Source of the DNA: Pelagibacteraceae bacterium | Lineage (GTDB): Bacteria; Pseudomonadota; Alphaproteobacteria; Pelagibacterales; Pelagibacteraceae | Direction: 5' to 3' | Assembly (NCBI GenBank): GCA_017640265.1 | Contig: JAGFVZ010000001.1 | Coordinates: 1-59,147, forward strand | Length of the DNA stretch: 59,147 bases | In this document: one piece after another, positions 49,207 through 59,127 of the stretch | How positions within the stretch are numbered: the stretch's first letter is position 1 | Layout: every line of letters starts with the position of its first letter | Notes under the pieces: generated by a model | The model's database searches: none | What the model was told of the DNA's origin: nothing | What the model saw: the letters and a program-made list of their open reading frames with translations, nothing else | Translations under genes and position numbers: made by a program

Positions 49207-50388
49207 ATGAAAAAATTATTTATTGCTGCAATTATGTCTTTGTCGCTATTGACGACAACTGCATTTGCAGAAATTAAAATGGGTATCATTTTAGGATTTA
49301 CTGGTCCTATTGAATCTCTTACTCCAGCAATGGCAGCTTCAGCAGAATTAGCTTTTAAAGAAGCTTCTGACTCAGGTTCTTTGCTAGGTGGAGAAAAAAT
49401 TACACCAGTAAGAGCAGACTCAACTTGTGTTGACTCAGCAGCTGCAACAACTGCAGCAGAAGGCTTAGTCTCTCAAGGTATTGCTGCCATTATGGGAGCA
49501 GATTGTTCTGGTGTTACTGGAGCGATTGCAAGTAACGTTGCGGTTCCTAACGGTGTAGTAATGATATCTCCTTCAGCAACATCTCCTGGTTTAACAACTT
49601 TGGATGACAAAGGTTTGTTCTTCCGTACAGCACCTTCTGATGCTCGTGGTGGACAAATTCTTGCTGATATAACTAAAGACAGAGGAATTAAAAGTGTTGC
49701 AGTTACATATACTAACAATGACTATGGTAAAGGTTTAGCTGATGTTTATGAAGCAGCAGTTAAAGCTCATGGCATTAAAGTTACAACTGTAGCAGCTCAC
49801 GAAGATGGTAAAGCTGATTATAGTTCTGAAGTTGGTACACTAGCATCTGCTGGTGGAGACGCAGTTGCTGTAATTGGTTACCTTGACCAAGGTGGTAAAG
49901 GAATTATTCAAGGATCTTTAGATTCTGGTGCCTTTGATACATTTATATTATCAGATGGTATGATTGGTGATTCTCTTACAGACGCTTTTGGTAAAAGCTT
50001 AAATAAATCTTTTGGCTCTTTGCCAGGTTCTACAGGTAAGGGTGCAAAAGTATTTACAAAAATTGCTAAGGCAGCTGGAATAGACTCTTCTGGTCCGTAC
50101 ACTGGTGAATCTTATGATGCAGCAGCTTTAATCGTGCTTGCAATGCAAGCAGGAGGTTCTGCTGATCGTGCTTCAATTGCTAAAAATGTAATGGCTGTAG
50201 CTAATGGTCCTGGTAAGAAAATTTATGCAGGTCAATTAAAAAAAGGTCTAGATCTTTTGGCTAAAGGTAAAGCTATTGATTACGAAGGAGCAACAGGAGT
50301 CGTATTTACAGAAGTTGGAGAACACGTTGGTAATTTCTTAGAAAAAGAAGTTAAAGGCGGTAAATTTAAAACCAAAAAACAAAGATAA
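49207..50388 (+). CDS. Periplasmic substrate-binding protein of a Liv-type (branched-chain/hydrophobic amino acid family) ABC importer
   Basis: 393 aa with the signal peptide MKKLFIAAIMSLSLLTTTAFA and a type-I PBP layout. It lies convergent to the livMHFG-like genes. It is preceded by a purine-rich AGAGAGGGA RBS. Confidence 0.82.
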   Translation: MKKLFIAAIMSLSLLTTTAFAEIKMGIILGFTGPIESLTPAMAASAELAFKEASDSGSLLGGEKITPVRADSTCVDSAAATTAAEGLVSQGIAAIMGADCSGVTGAIASNVAVPNGVVMISPSATSPGLTTLDDKGLFFRTAPSDARGGQILADITKDRGIKSVAVTYTNNDYGKGLADVYEAAVKAHGIKVTTVAAHEDGKADYSSEVGTLASAGGDAVAVIGYLDQGGKGIIQGSLDSGAFDTFILSDGMIGDSLTDAFGKSLNKSFGSLPGSTGKGAKVFTKIAKAAGIDSSGPYTGESYDAAALIVLAMQAGGSADRASIAKNVMAVANGPGKKIYAGQLKKGLDLLAKGKAIDYEGATGVVFTEVGEHVGNFLEKEVKGGKFKTKKQR

Positions 50389-50401
50389 TAACTAATTTTA
50401 T

Positions 50402-50431
50402 AAACCTCAGCGGTGAAAACTGCTGAGGTTT
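50402..50431. terminator. Bidirectional hairpin terminator between the binding-protein gene and the permease operon
   Basis: Perfect 10-bp stem AAACCTCAGC / GCTGAGGTTT with a 10-nt loop. It is followed by TATTTTATAT on the plus strand and preceded by an A/T-rich run on the other side. Confidence 0.8.
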
Positions 50432-50434
50432 ATT

Positions 50435-51805
50435 TTATATATGTTTAATTTTCTCAGGCAAAATACCTCTGGACCTATAGCGCATAATTAATAATAAACC
50501 AATTCCCATCATTAAATATCTGAAGTAAGGAATGCTATTAACTAAGTGAACTCTAAAAGTATTAGTTTCTTCTAAACCGCTAGTAAAAAAATTAATTAAG
50601 AATAATGCGATAGGAGCAGCCTCAATCCATAAAAACCAAACAGCAAAGCCTCCTAAAATTGCTCCAAAATTATTTCCGCTTCCCCCAACAATGACCATTA
50701 CCCAAATTAGAAATGTATACCGCATTGGTCTATAGCTTCCTGGTGTAAATAGACCGTCATATGTAACCATCATGGCACCTGCTATACCAACAATTGCTGA
50801 ACCAAGAACGAAAATTAAAAGATGTTGTTTAACAACATTTTTTCCCATTGCATTAGCAGCTTCTTCATTATCTCTAATCGCTCTCATCATTCTTCCCCAG
50901 GGAGAATAAAGTGCTTTTTGAGTTATAATTAAAAGAATTGTTACCACGGCTATAAAAAGTCCAGCAAAACATAGTTTTACAAATACTGTTGACGATTCAA
51001 TAACTAGCTGTTTTAGTAATTGTTGTTTTTCTAAAGTATCAGTAATTAAATTCAGAGTGCCTCTGTGAAATTTCTCAACTAAATTAATAAACCATTCTTT
51101 AGTTTGTAGATCAATTTCATATGGCACTGGTCTTTTTAATCCAATTACATTTTTAACACCACGAGCTAGCCAATCTTCATGCTTTATCACAGCAATAACA
51201 ATTTCTGATATTAATAGTGTTGCTATCGCCAGATAGTCTGCTCTAAGTCCCAAAGCAATTTTGCCTATAACGTATGCCAAAGCACCAGCAAAAAAAGCTC
51301 CAACAATCCAAGAAAATAAAATCGGAAGACCCATGCCTCCCAAAAATCCCGTAGTTGCTGGGCTTACAGCTTCGATTGATTCAATTGCAGGACCTGATAT
51401 TAATCTCAAAAGAATTAACCCTGTTATTATAACGGCGGCAATTCCATAGTTTCTTTTCTTTGTTTTTTTGAATTTTTTAAGAATAAAACGGATACTAAAT
51501 ACGATTGCGACAATTACAAATACACACAAAATCATATTCAAACCACCAACCTGCCATGCTTCTTTTACGGGAGGAACAGAAACTAAAACTGCTGCAAGAC
51601 CTCCTAGCGCCGTATAACCCATGATTCCAAAATTTATTAATCCTGCATATCCCCATTGAATATTTGCCCCCATCGTCATTACCGCTGATATTAAACAAAA
51701 ACATAAAATTGATAAGGCTATGCTCCAAGACTGCAAAACACCTACCAAAATTATGAGTCCCAACATTATTGCATAAGCTACAATTACATCCTTGTGCTGT
51801 TTCAT
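50435..51805 (-). CDS. livM: Branched-chain amino acid ABC transporter permease (LivM-like)
   Basis: 456 aa polytopic protein with a LivM-type core. It overlaps the livH-like gene by 4 nt. Confidence 0.85.
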   Translation of the reverse strand: MKQHKDVIVAYAIMLGLIILVGVLQSWSIALSILCFCLISAVMTMGANIQWGYAGLINFGIMGYTALGGLAAVLVSVPPVKEAWQVGGLNMILCVFVIVAIVFSIRFILKKFKKTKKRNYGIAAVIITGLILLRLISGPAIESIEAVSPATTGFLGGMGLPILFSWIVGAFFAGALAYVIGKIALGLRADYLAIATLLISEIVIAVIKHEDWLARGVKNVIGLKRPVPYEIDLQTKEWFINLVEKFHRGTLNLITDTLEKQQLLKQLVIESSTVFVKLCFAGLFIAVVTILLIITQKALYSPWGRMMRAIRDNEEAANAMGKNVVKQHLLIFVLGSAIVGIAGAMMVTYDGLFTPGSYRPMRYTFLIWVMVIVGGSGNNFGAILGGFAVWFLWIEAAPIALFLINFFTSGLEETNTFRVHLVNSIPYFRYLMMGIGLLLIMRYRSRGILPEKIKHI

Positions 51806-52812
51806 ATTACTTTTCCTTTGAAAATTCCCGAAGGTCTAAATAATAAAACAATAACTAAAATTGAAAATGAAACTGCAAATTTATAATCGGTTGATAATAG
51901 CTGTATCAAGCTATTAGGTTCCATACTTTCTGGTAGAATATAAACAAAAAATTTTCTGTAGGCGTATGTTAAAAGTATTTCTGAAAATGCAATAACATAT
52001 CCGCCCAAAAAAGCTCCAAAAGGATTTCCGATACCTCCAACAATTGCTGCTGCAAAGATTGGAAGCATATTATTAAAATAAGTAAATGGTTTAAAACTTT
52101 TATCTAAACCATATAAAGCTCCACCAATTGTTGCTAATACTGCAGCTATGACCCATGTGATCATAACAACCTTTTTTGGGTCAATACCAGACAATAAAGC
52201 TAAATCCTCATTATCTGAATAAGCTCTCATGCTTTTCCCGGTTTTAGTTTTATTTAAAAACCAAAATAAAATTGAAACGACAACAATTGTAACAAATAAA
52301 GTTAATACCTGAGTTGATTTAATAGACAGCCCTTCGTTTAAGCCTGTCATTTCCTTAAATTCGTTTGCTTTTAATATAAATTTCTCACCATCAAAAAATC
52401 TTCTATCAAAAGGTCCTATAATTATTCTCACAATTGCCTGTGTAACGAACATCACCCCAATACTCACCATCGCAAGCATAACGGGTGGGCTTTTTTTTAT
52501 TCGATAATAGCTAAAAACAACTTTATCCATACCAAGTGTAAATAAAATTGAAATAATTACTGCAAAAGGAATGGCTAATAATGCTGTGGGAAGTACACCT
52601 AAACTAATTCCAATAGATTGAAAATACCAAGTAAATAAAATTGTAAACATGGTACCAAATGACATTAGGTCACCAGCAGAAAAATAAGCGAACCTCAAAA
52701 TTCCATAAATTAATGAAACAAAAATTGCTCCTAATGCTAGTTGGGAGCCGTATGACAATGCTGGCACAAATATATAATTTAATAACAAAACTATTGCATT
52801 TACAAAATCCAT
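51802..52812 (-). CDS. livH: Branched-chain amino acid ABC transporter permease (LivH-like)
   Basis: 336 aa polytopic protein with LivH-like motifs (GG.GN..GA..GG). Confidence 0.85.
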   Translation of the reverse strand: MDFVNAIVLLLNYIFVPALSYGSQLALGAIFVSLIYGILRFAYFSAGDLMSFGTMFTILFTWYFQSIGISLGVLPTALLAIPFAVIISILFTLGMDKVVFSYYRIKKSPPVMLAMVSIGVMFVTQAIVRIIIGPFDRRFFDGEKFILKANEFKEMTGLNEGLSIKSTQVLTLFVTIVVVSILFWFLNKTKTGKSMRAYSDNEDLALLSGIDPKKVVMITWVIAAVLATIGGALYGLDKSFKPFTYFNNMLPIFAAAIVGGIGNPFGAFLGGYVIAFSEILLTYAYRKFFVYILPESMEPNSLIQLLSTDYKFAVSFSILVIVLLFRPSGIFKGKVI

Positions 52813-52813
52813 A

Positions 52814-53521
52814 TTAACCTCCTAAAAAAGAACTTCTTACTCTTGGATCGTTTAATAATTCTTTTCCTGTTCCCGAGTATCTGTTCTCTCCTGTAACTAA
52901 TACATATCCTCTGTCTGATATACTTAGTGCTTGTTTTGCATTTTGCTCAACCATTAAAATGGCAACGTTTGTTTTTTTTACTTTCAAAATATGATCAAAC
53001 AACTCATCCATAACAATTGGTGAAACTCCGGCTGTAGGCTCATCAAGCATTAAAACAGATGGCTTTATCATTAATGCTCTTCCCAATGCTACTTGTTGTC
53101 TTTGTCCGCCAGATAGCTCGCCAACTAGCTGAGATTTTTTTTCTTTCAAAATAGGAAATAATTCATAAATTTCATTAATGATTTTTTGAAGACTTTCATC
53201 TCTTAAAAAGGCACCCATCTCTAGATTTTCTTCAACGCTCAATCCGGCAAATACGTTCTTAGTTTGTGGAACAAATGCTATTCCCTGTTTAACTCTGTCT
53301 TGCGGACTTAAATGTGAAATATCTTTGCCGTCTATTAAAACTTTACCTGATTTAAGATTTAATAAACCCAACATGGCTTTCATGGCTGTAGATTTTCCAG
53401 CTCCATTTGGACCAAGTATAGAAACTATTTCACCTTGATTAACATTTACTGAACAAGAAGAAATTATATCCGGACCGCTTCCATAGCCACCTGTCATTTT
53501 TATTCCTTCAAAAAATGCCAT
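52814..53521 (-). CDS. livF: Branched-chain amino acid ABC transporter ATP-binding protein (LivF-like)
   Basis: Walker A GPNGAGKST, signature LSGGQRQ, Walker B LMLDEPTAG and a C-terminal ..SFLGG. Confidence 0.9.
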   Translation of the reverse strand: MAFFEGIKMTGGYGSGPDIISSCSVNVNQGEIVSILGPNGAGKSTAMKAMLGLLNLKSGKVLIDGKDISHLSPQDRVKQGIAFVPQTKNVFAGLSVEENLEMGAFLRDESLQKIINEIYELFPILKEKKSQLVGELSGGQRQQVALGRALMIKPSVLMLDEPTAGVSPIVMDELFDHILKVKKTNVAILMVEQNAKQALSISDRGYVLVTGENRYSGTGKELLNDPRVRSSFLGG

Positions 53522-54315
53522 CAGTTTCCATTCTTTAATTTTGATCCTCTGCCTAAATAACTTTCAATAACTCTCTCGTTCTTTTTAACTTCATTAGAAG
53601 TTCCTTCAAATAAGACTGATCCTTCTGCTAATACAATTACCGGATCACATAAACGACTAATAAAATCCATATCATGTTCAATCATAAAAAAAGTATAACC
53701 TTTTTCTTTATTCAGTCTTAAAATTGCACTTCCAATATCTTTTAATAATGTTCTGTTAACCCCAGCTCCAACTTCATCTAGTAAAACCATTTTTGCATCA
53801 ACCATCATAGTTCTACCAAGTTCTAGTAATTTTTTTTGCCCGCCAGACAAATTCCCTGCTAATTCTTTTTCTAAATGTGTAAGATTTAAAAATTTAATTA
53901 CTTCTAGAGCTTTTTGTTTAATTTTTTTTTCTTCTTCATTAACCAATCTTGGTTTAAACAAAGCGTTAACTAATAGTTCGCCTGATTGACCGCCTGGAAC
54001 CATCATTAAATTTTCCAAAACAGTAAGATTAGTAAATTCGTGAGCAATTTGAAAAGTCCTAAGTATCCCTTTTGAAAATAATTCATAAGAAGGAATGCCA
54101 GTAATATCCTCATTATCAAAATAAACACTTCCTTTATTTGGTTTTAAATTGCCAGCAATTAAATTAAAGAGCGTTGTTTTTCCAGAACCATTAGGGCCAA
54201 TTATTCCTGTAATAGATCCTTTTTTAACTTTTAAAGAACAATTTGAAATAGCTTTTAATCCTCCAAAAAATTTAGAAAGGTTATTAACCTGCAGAATATT
54301 TGAATCTGACTGCAT
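53521..54315 (-). CDS. livG: Branched-chain amino acid ABC transporter ATP-binding protein (LivG-like)
   Basis: Walker A GPNGSGKTT, signature LSGGQKK, a C-terminal BCA_ABC_TP_C-type segment and ..VIESYLG. Confidence 0.9.
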   Translation of the reverse strand: MQSDSNILQVNNLSKFFGGLKAISNCSLKVKKGSITGIIGPNGSGKTTLFNLIAGNLKPNKGSVYFDNEDITGIPSYELFSKGILRTFQIAHEFTNLTVLENLMMVPGGQSGELLVNALFKPRLVNEEEKKIKQKALEVIKFLNLTHLEKELAGNLSGGQKKLLELGRTMMVDAKMVLLDEVGAGVNRTLLKDIGSAILRLNKEKGYTFFMIEHDMDFISRLCDPVIVLAEGSVLFEGTSNEVKKNERVIESYLGRGSKLKNGN

Positions 54316-54321
54316 AGAAAA

Positions 54322-55092
54322 TTATACTTTGTTTAGTCTTTTAAGAATACTATTTAGAGATTTTTCTAGAGACCGATAAAAACCAGCTTTTCTTAATTGT
54401 TTTACAGCTTGTTCATTCAATCCTCTTGATGTTTGAGAATCTTCAACTAAATATTTCAAATCTTTTTTTGAATTAATTGCCGAATCTTCTGATAATGCAA
54501 CAAAAAGAGAGGTAATATATTTTTGGGCTTCGTTTCTTTTAATTCCTCTTTTAACCAACCAATCAGATAATACTTTTAACAATTCATAAAAAGGCGCCAT
54601 CATTCCTGAAGTTGCCCAGAAATTTATTGATGATTTTTCATTTTTTATTTCAACTGTTGTGCCCAATTTATTAAAAAAACTTTTTACCTGTTTATCTGGG
54701 GGACAAATTGGTACAGGGCCCTTTCTAATTGAAATTGGAGGAAGTGGAATGGCTCTTACAATCTTAACTTTTTTACCAATAGCTTTTTTTAGTTGAGCTA
54801 AATTAATTGTAGAAATAAAACTTATAATTTTTTGATTTTTTTTAAAATTAAGTTCTTTCAAAATTTTACCCCCAACCTTTGGGGTAACAGCCAAAAATAC
54901 CCAATTCGATTTATCTATTAATTGTTGATTGTCCTTTGAAATAGTAATTCTTTTAAACTTTTTCTTTAATTTTTTTGCTATTAATCTGTTACGAGGAGAG
55001 ATATAAATTTTTTTGATTTTTAATTTTGATTTAAAAATACCCTCAATAACTGAAGAGGTGATACGACCAGTGCCCAAAAAACCTATGTTCAT
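54322..55092 (-). CDS. NAD(P)-binding oxidoreductase of the pyrroline-5-carboxylate-reductase (ProC-like) family
   Basis: 256 aa. It has the N-terminal Rossmann motif MNIGFLGTGRI and a ProC-like C-terminal dimerisation-domain pattern. The specific substrate is unknown. Confidence 0.6.
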   Translation of the reverse strand: MNIGFLGTGRITSSVIEGIFKSKLKIKKIYISPRNRLIAKKLKKKFKRITISKDNQQLIDKSNWVFLAVTPKVGGKILKELNFKKNQKIISFISTINLAQLKKAIGKKVKIVRAIPLPPISIRKGPVPICPPDKQVKSFFNKLGTTVEIKNEKSSINFWATSGMMAPFYELLKVLSDWLVKRGIKRNEAQKYITSLFVALSEDSAINSKKDLKYLVEDSQTSRGLNEQAVKQLRKAGFYRSLEKSLNSILKRLNKV

Positions 55093-55218
55093 TAACTATG
55101 GAGAATAACCAAGCAATTCCATTTAATAAAGAAAATTTTAAACAGATTTTTCCAAAAAATTCGCACTAGCAGTCATTATTTCAATCCCAAGTGCTATACC
55201 TGCAGATTATTTAAAAAA

Positions 55219-56118
55219 TTAATTAGTAAAAAAAGTTCCTCGAATACGTAAAAGCTCTCTGCTTAAATTGACATCTTTTTTAAATGCGTTTCTCCCATGT
55301 AACCAAAAATAATTATTCAAAAAAATTGTTGAACCTACTGGTGAAGGAAATATCACTTTCTTCTTACTTTCTTCAAGAGCATCCGACAGTTTTTGTAAAA
55401 ATAGTCCCTGTTCCATATTTTTTGGTTCGGGAAACTGATCTATATAAGAAATAATTGGTTTTCCATTTTCGTCCTCGGAAAATACCGGATGTTCAACTTT
55501 ATAATTAATATTTTTACTTTCTGGTGACCCCCAAACGAAATCTTGTTTTCCTACTGGATTAGAGCAAAGTTCTTTACAATGCTCCCAATCGTCTAAATGA
55601 AGAAGGACACTTTCCCCGCCTTGTACATGAACCTCTTCCATTTTTGTCATAATTAACCAGTCTGTTTTTTCTTTTACATAGGTACCATCGGTATGTAGGT
55701 CCATACTGGTATAAGCTTTTCTTAGATAGGAATCGCTTGAGTCTAAATGTTTAACATAAAAACGCGCATAATATTTTCCTGTCATAGAATCAAAATTGGG
55801 AGAGCCCACTAGGTGGGCTAATGCCGTTGATAATTTCACAAGAAAATCTTTATCAAATTTTGAATTTTTAATATCCGGCTTAATAATTACCGCTCCAGTA
55901 TTACGGTCCCTTAAAGTTTCGGATAAAGTCTTACTTAACTTTCCAGAAAAAATATCATCTACGCTTTTAGCCAAAGTAAATCTTGTAAAAGGTTTGTATT
56001 CTAAAGAAGTAATGTTGCGTTTGTTGAATGGAAAAATTAATTTATCTAAATCTTCTTCTTTTATATTGATCTGCCTTATTCTTTTCGAGTTCGCGTGCGT
56101 AATAACTTCTAGTGACAT
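55219..56118 (-). CDS. CsiD-like Fe(II)/2-oxoglutarate-dependent dioxygenase (glutarate 2-hydroxylase family)
   Basis: Colinear with my recollection of E. coli CsiD: LEYKPF.RF, NFDSMTGKYYARFYVK..DSSDSYLR, DLHTDGTY (HxD), GGESVLLHLDDWEH, ISYIDQF and FWLHGRNAF (distal His/Arg). Confidence 0.75.
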   Translation of the reverse strand: MSLEVITHANSKRIRQINIKEEDLDKLIFPFNKRNITSLEYKPFTRFTLAKSVDDIFSGKLSKTLSETLRDRNTGAVIIKPDIKNSKFDKDFLVKLSTALAHLVGSPNFDSMTGKYYARFYVKHLDSSDSYLRKAYTSMDLHTDGTYVKEKTDWLIMTKMEEVHVQGGESVLLHLDDWEHCKELCSNPVGKQDFVWGSPESKNINYKVEHPVFSEDENGKPIISYIDQFPEPKNMEQGLFLQKLSDALEESKKKVIFPSPVGSTIFLNNYFWLHGRNAFKKDVNLSRELLRIRGTFFTN

Positions 56119-56120
56119 TT

Positions 56121-56453
56121 TTAATACAAGCTATTTAATACAGTTAAAAGTATAGCCGATAATATTGTCGGATATACCAAATTCTTTTTAGTTGCAAAAA
56201 ACACCGCTACTGATAGCAGAATAACAAGAAATCGTATTAATATTTCTGCGTCCGCAAGAATTCCTGTTGGAAAAACAACTATTCTTGCAATTAAGGCGGC
56301 CAATGTTGAATAGGCAATACAGTTGAACCATCTAAAAATTTTAGATTTAACATCTATGTTCTCAGAGCTTACTACCCCTAAAAATCTAGATAGATAAGTT
56401 GCAAGTGAAGTGACTAAAATAACCAGAGTAATATTACTAGACAGGTCTGTCAT
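56121..56453 (-). CDS. azlD: AzlD-like small membrane protein (branched-chain amino acid transport accessory)
   Basis: 110 aa with 3-4 TM segments. It overlaps the azlC-like gene by 17 nt, in the usual AzlC-AzlD pairing. Confidence 0.6.
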   Translation of the reverse strand: MTDLSSNITLVILVTSLATYLSRFLGVVSSENIDVKSKIFRWFNCIAYSTLAALIARIVVFPTGILADAEILIRFLVILLSVAVFFATKKNLVYPTILSAILLTVLNSLY

Positions 56454-57147
56454 CTTTGCCTCCCAAGAAAAAAGCTAATGTCCCTGCTAAAAGACCTCCG
56501 TATAAAATAGACCATTCTGGAGAAACAAGAAAAAACAATGGCCCTAGAATTGCACCTAATAAAACCGAAAGACCAATGCTTCTATTTTTTATTGCTCCTA
56601 TCATCATACATGTAAAATAAACAGGATTTACGATGGCTAAACCGATCATCATATCTTTGTTTAGATAATCCGATAAAAAATAACCTACCAGTGTTGAAAA
56701 AATTGCAGTTCCCCAAGTGCCGATTCCAATCCCAATCCAAAAATCTATTCGATATTTCTGGTCAATGCTTTGATATCTGTTTTTCATGATCAGCCAAGAA
56801 GAAACGGCTAAGAAATGACAAGATAGATAATATTTCCACCTTGGTTGACTTTTGTCTTTAAGCAAGGGAATTAAAGATACAGTCATAGGGTATAAACGTA
56901 CGTTCACTAACCAAACAGCCACGAAAATATTAATTAGAGAAGCCCCTACAAAAAATGACTCTGCCATTACCAATTGACCTGGTAAAGCGTAAGTAAAAAA
57001 AGTAGAAAAAAAACTTTGTTGAACATTAAAGCCAATGTCTTTTAGTAAAGCGCCAATGGCAAGAAAGCTTGCTCCCAGTGCAAGTGCAGGGCTATCCATT
57101 CCTTTAATTAGCTTAAAACCTTTAAAGAAATATTTTAAGTTTATCAT
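56437..57147 (-). CDS. azlC: AzlC-family branched-chain amino acid transport protein
   Basis: 236 aa polytopic protein with AzlC-like layout, paired with the AzlD-like gene. Confidence 0.7.
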   Translation of the reverse strand: MINLKYFFKGFKLIKGMDSPALALGASFLAIGALLKDIGFNVQQSFFSTFFTYALPGQLVMAESFFVGASLINIFVAVWLVNVRLYPMTVSLIPLLKDKSQPRWKYYLSCHFLAVSSWLIMKNRYQSIDQKYRIDFWIGIGIGTWGTAIFSTLVGYFLSDYLNKDMMIGLAIVNPVYFTCMMIGAIKNRSIGLSVLLGAILGPLFFLVSPEWSILYGGLLAGTLAFFLGGKDDRPV

Positions 57148-57193
57148 TAAGGCTAAAAAAAAATTTAATATATTTTGAAATTTTTTACTTTAA

Positions 57194-58342
57194 TCACTTT
57201 ATTAAAGTGTTGGTGAAAAATTCTCTTACAAGCTTTTCGTTCTCCTCTGATGCTACTTTATTATATTTTATTGTTTGTGATTTGCTTACACAGCTTTTAT
57301 CATGCTGAAACTGTGGAAGTCTCCAGCCCATTTTGTGTCTCATTTTAAGTCTTTTAAATATTTTTTTCTTATCTTTATCTGATGCGCTTTGATACCATTC
57401 GTTAAATCCAACTTGCGATAATATTGCTACATCATCTGGAGCCATTTCTGCTACAGGTAGTGAATGATTTTCTTCATAATAACATCTTCCATCATTATGA
57501 CCTTTTATTTTCATAGATTTTTTACCTGAGATTGTTGCTTCAAAACCATGGTGTGTATCTGGATAAACTTTGATATCTACATCTTTTCCTTTTGCTTTAA
57601 GACGTGCAACATAATTTACGCATGAATCAACTGGAAAATATGTATCTAGGTCTCCTACATGAATACGAATGGGAGTATCTGTTATTTCGTCATCATCCTT
57701 GAACATAACATTGCATGGCGGGTACATTGGCACACTTGCAGCAAAATCCATACCTGGCGTTCCCCACATTTTTTGAAATCTTTTTACATTTAAATACAAA
57801 CATCCTCTAGCTCCAAGTGACATGCCTATGCAGCCAATATTTTTTGGGTCAATACGAGGATGACTTGATAAAAGCTTTAATGCACCGTAAGCATCTATAA
57901 CTCTATTCATCCCTCGATTTACAGCAGCACACCAAGGAATAGCTTTTTTAAATTTATTATCTTTTTTACATTTACGTCTTGCCCAGTTGCTATCTACCAT
58001 AAATGTAGCTATTCCCATGCTGTTTATAACTTCTATCCAGTGTTCTTCAATATCGCTAATTCCACCCATACCGTGCAATATTACAACTGCAGGAACTTTT
58101 TTTTCTGCTGCATTAGCTGGAAAACTTAATGTTCCCCAAATTGTTATTTCTCTATTTGGTTTTTTTCCTAATAAAAAATCTCTGATAGTTAATGTGGGCA
58201 AAGATTGAAACTCAATCTTTTCTCCCTTGCCTTTCCATTCTTTAGGTTTAGGTGGTCCATTCTCAGATAATACCGTTGTTGGTATTGCAAGATTGAATAC
58301 TAACAAAAAAACTGAAGCTAAAATAAAAATACGTGCTTTCAT
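57194..58342 (-). CDS. Secreted dienelactone-hydrolase-family alpha/beta hydrolase
   Basis: 382 aa. It has the signal peptide MKARIFILASVFLLVFNLAIP, VVILHGMGG, the nucleophile elbow GMSLGA and a distal HHGF. Confidence 0.65.
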   Translation of the reverse strand: MKARIFILASVFLLVFNLAIPTTVLSENGPPKPKEWKGKGEKIEFQSLPTLTIRDFLLGKKPNREITIWGTLSFPANAAEKKVPAVVILHGMGGISDIEEHWIEVINSMGIATFMVDSNWARRKCKKDNKFKKAIPWCAAVNRGMNRVIDAYGALKLLSSHPRIDPKNIGCIGMSLGARGCLYLNVKRFQKMWGTPGMDFAASVPMYPPCNVMFKDDDEITDTPIRIHVGDLDTYFPVDSCVNYVARLKAKGKDVDIKVYPDTHHGFEATISGKKSMKIKGHNDGRCYYEENHSLPVAEMAPDDVAILSQVGFNEWYQSASDKDKKKIFKRLKMRHKMGWRLPQFQHDKSCVSKSQTIKYNKVASEENEKLVREFFTNTLIK

Positions 58343-59127
58343 TACCCTCCTAGAAATAGTCTACCAACATCTGGATTATTCAGCAAATCATTTCCCGATC
58401 CGGCAATAGCAATTTGTCCTGAAACTAAAACATAACCAATGTCCGCAAACTCTAAGCCTTTTTTGGCGTTTTGTTCTACCATTATAATAGTTTTCTTTTC
58501 TGTTTGTTGAAGATCTTTTAGAATTTCAAATACCATACTTATGTATCTTGGTTCCAATCCAATTGAAGGTTCGTCAACCAATAAAACTGATGGTTTCATC
58601 ACCAATGCTCTTGAAATTTCTAACAACCTTCTTTCCCCGCCTGATAAAACTTTTGCTGGTTGATGTCTCCTGTTTCTTAATCTCTCATATTTTTGAAATA
58701 TTCTTTCTGCTTCTTCATGGGCTTCACTGGTATTTTCTTTTGTGTATCCGCCCATTAATAAATTTTCCTCGACTGTCATATCAGGGAATACAGAATTATC
58801 CTGTAAGATGTAGGCTATACCTACTGATTTTAATTTCTCAGCAGGTGTTAAATTTGTAATTTCTTTTCCGTCAATTTCAATTTGACCCGAAAAAATATTA
58901 GTAAAGCCATAGATAGAATGAAGGATCGTAGATTTTCCAGCGCCATTCGGTCCAATTAAACATAAAGATTGGGCTTTACTCACAAATAGATCAAAATCAT
59001 GAAGTATTTCCATTTTTCCATAACCGGCAGATAGCTTCTTGATAGTTAAATGAATATTACTTGGTGATAGTTTTTTAAGTTCTTCAGGACCAGGGGCTTT
59101 ACCTAAAACTTCATATTGATCTGCCAT
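58342..59127 (-). CDS. Second LivF-like ABC transporter ATP-binding protein
   Basis: Walker A GPNGAGKST, signature LSGGERR, Walker B LLVDEPSIG and a C-terminal ..LFLGG. It has TAATG overlaps at both ends. Confidence 0.88.
   Translation of the reverse strand: MADQYEVLGKAPGPEELKKLSPSNIHLTIKKLSAGYGKMEILHDFDLFVSKAQSLCLIGPNGAGKSTILHSIYGFTNIFSGQIEIDGKEITNLTPAEKLKSVGIAYILQDNSVFPDMTVEENLLMGGYTKENTSEAHEEAERIFQKYERLRNRRHQPAKVLSGGERRLLEISRALVMKPSVLLVDEPSIGLEPRYISMVFEILKDLQQTEKKTIIMVEQNAKKGLEFADIGYVLVSGQIAIAGSGNDLLNNPDVGRLFLGG

Noticed and set aside
49207-50388. Horizontal acquisition as the explanation for the elevated G+C of the binding-protein gene.
   Set aside because: The shift is confined to one ORF. 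It is explained by Ala/Gly-rich composition plus a restricted preferred-codon set. The flanks, terminator and partner permease genes have host-like composition, and no mobility genes or repeats are nearby.
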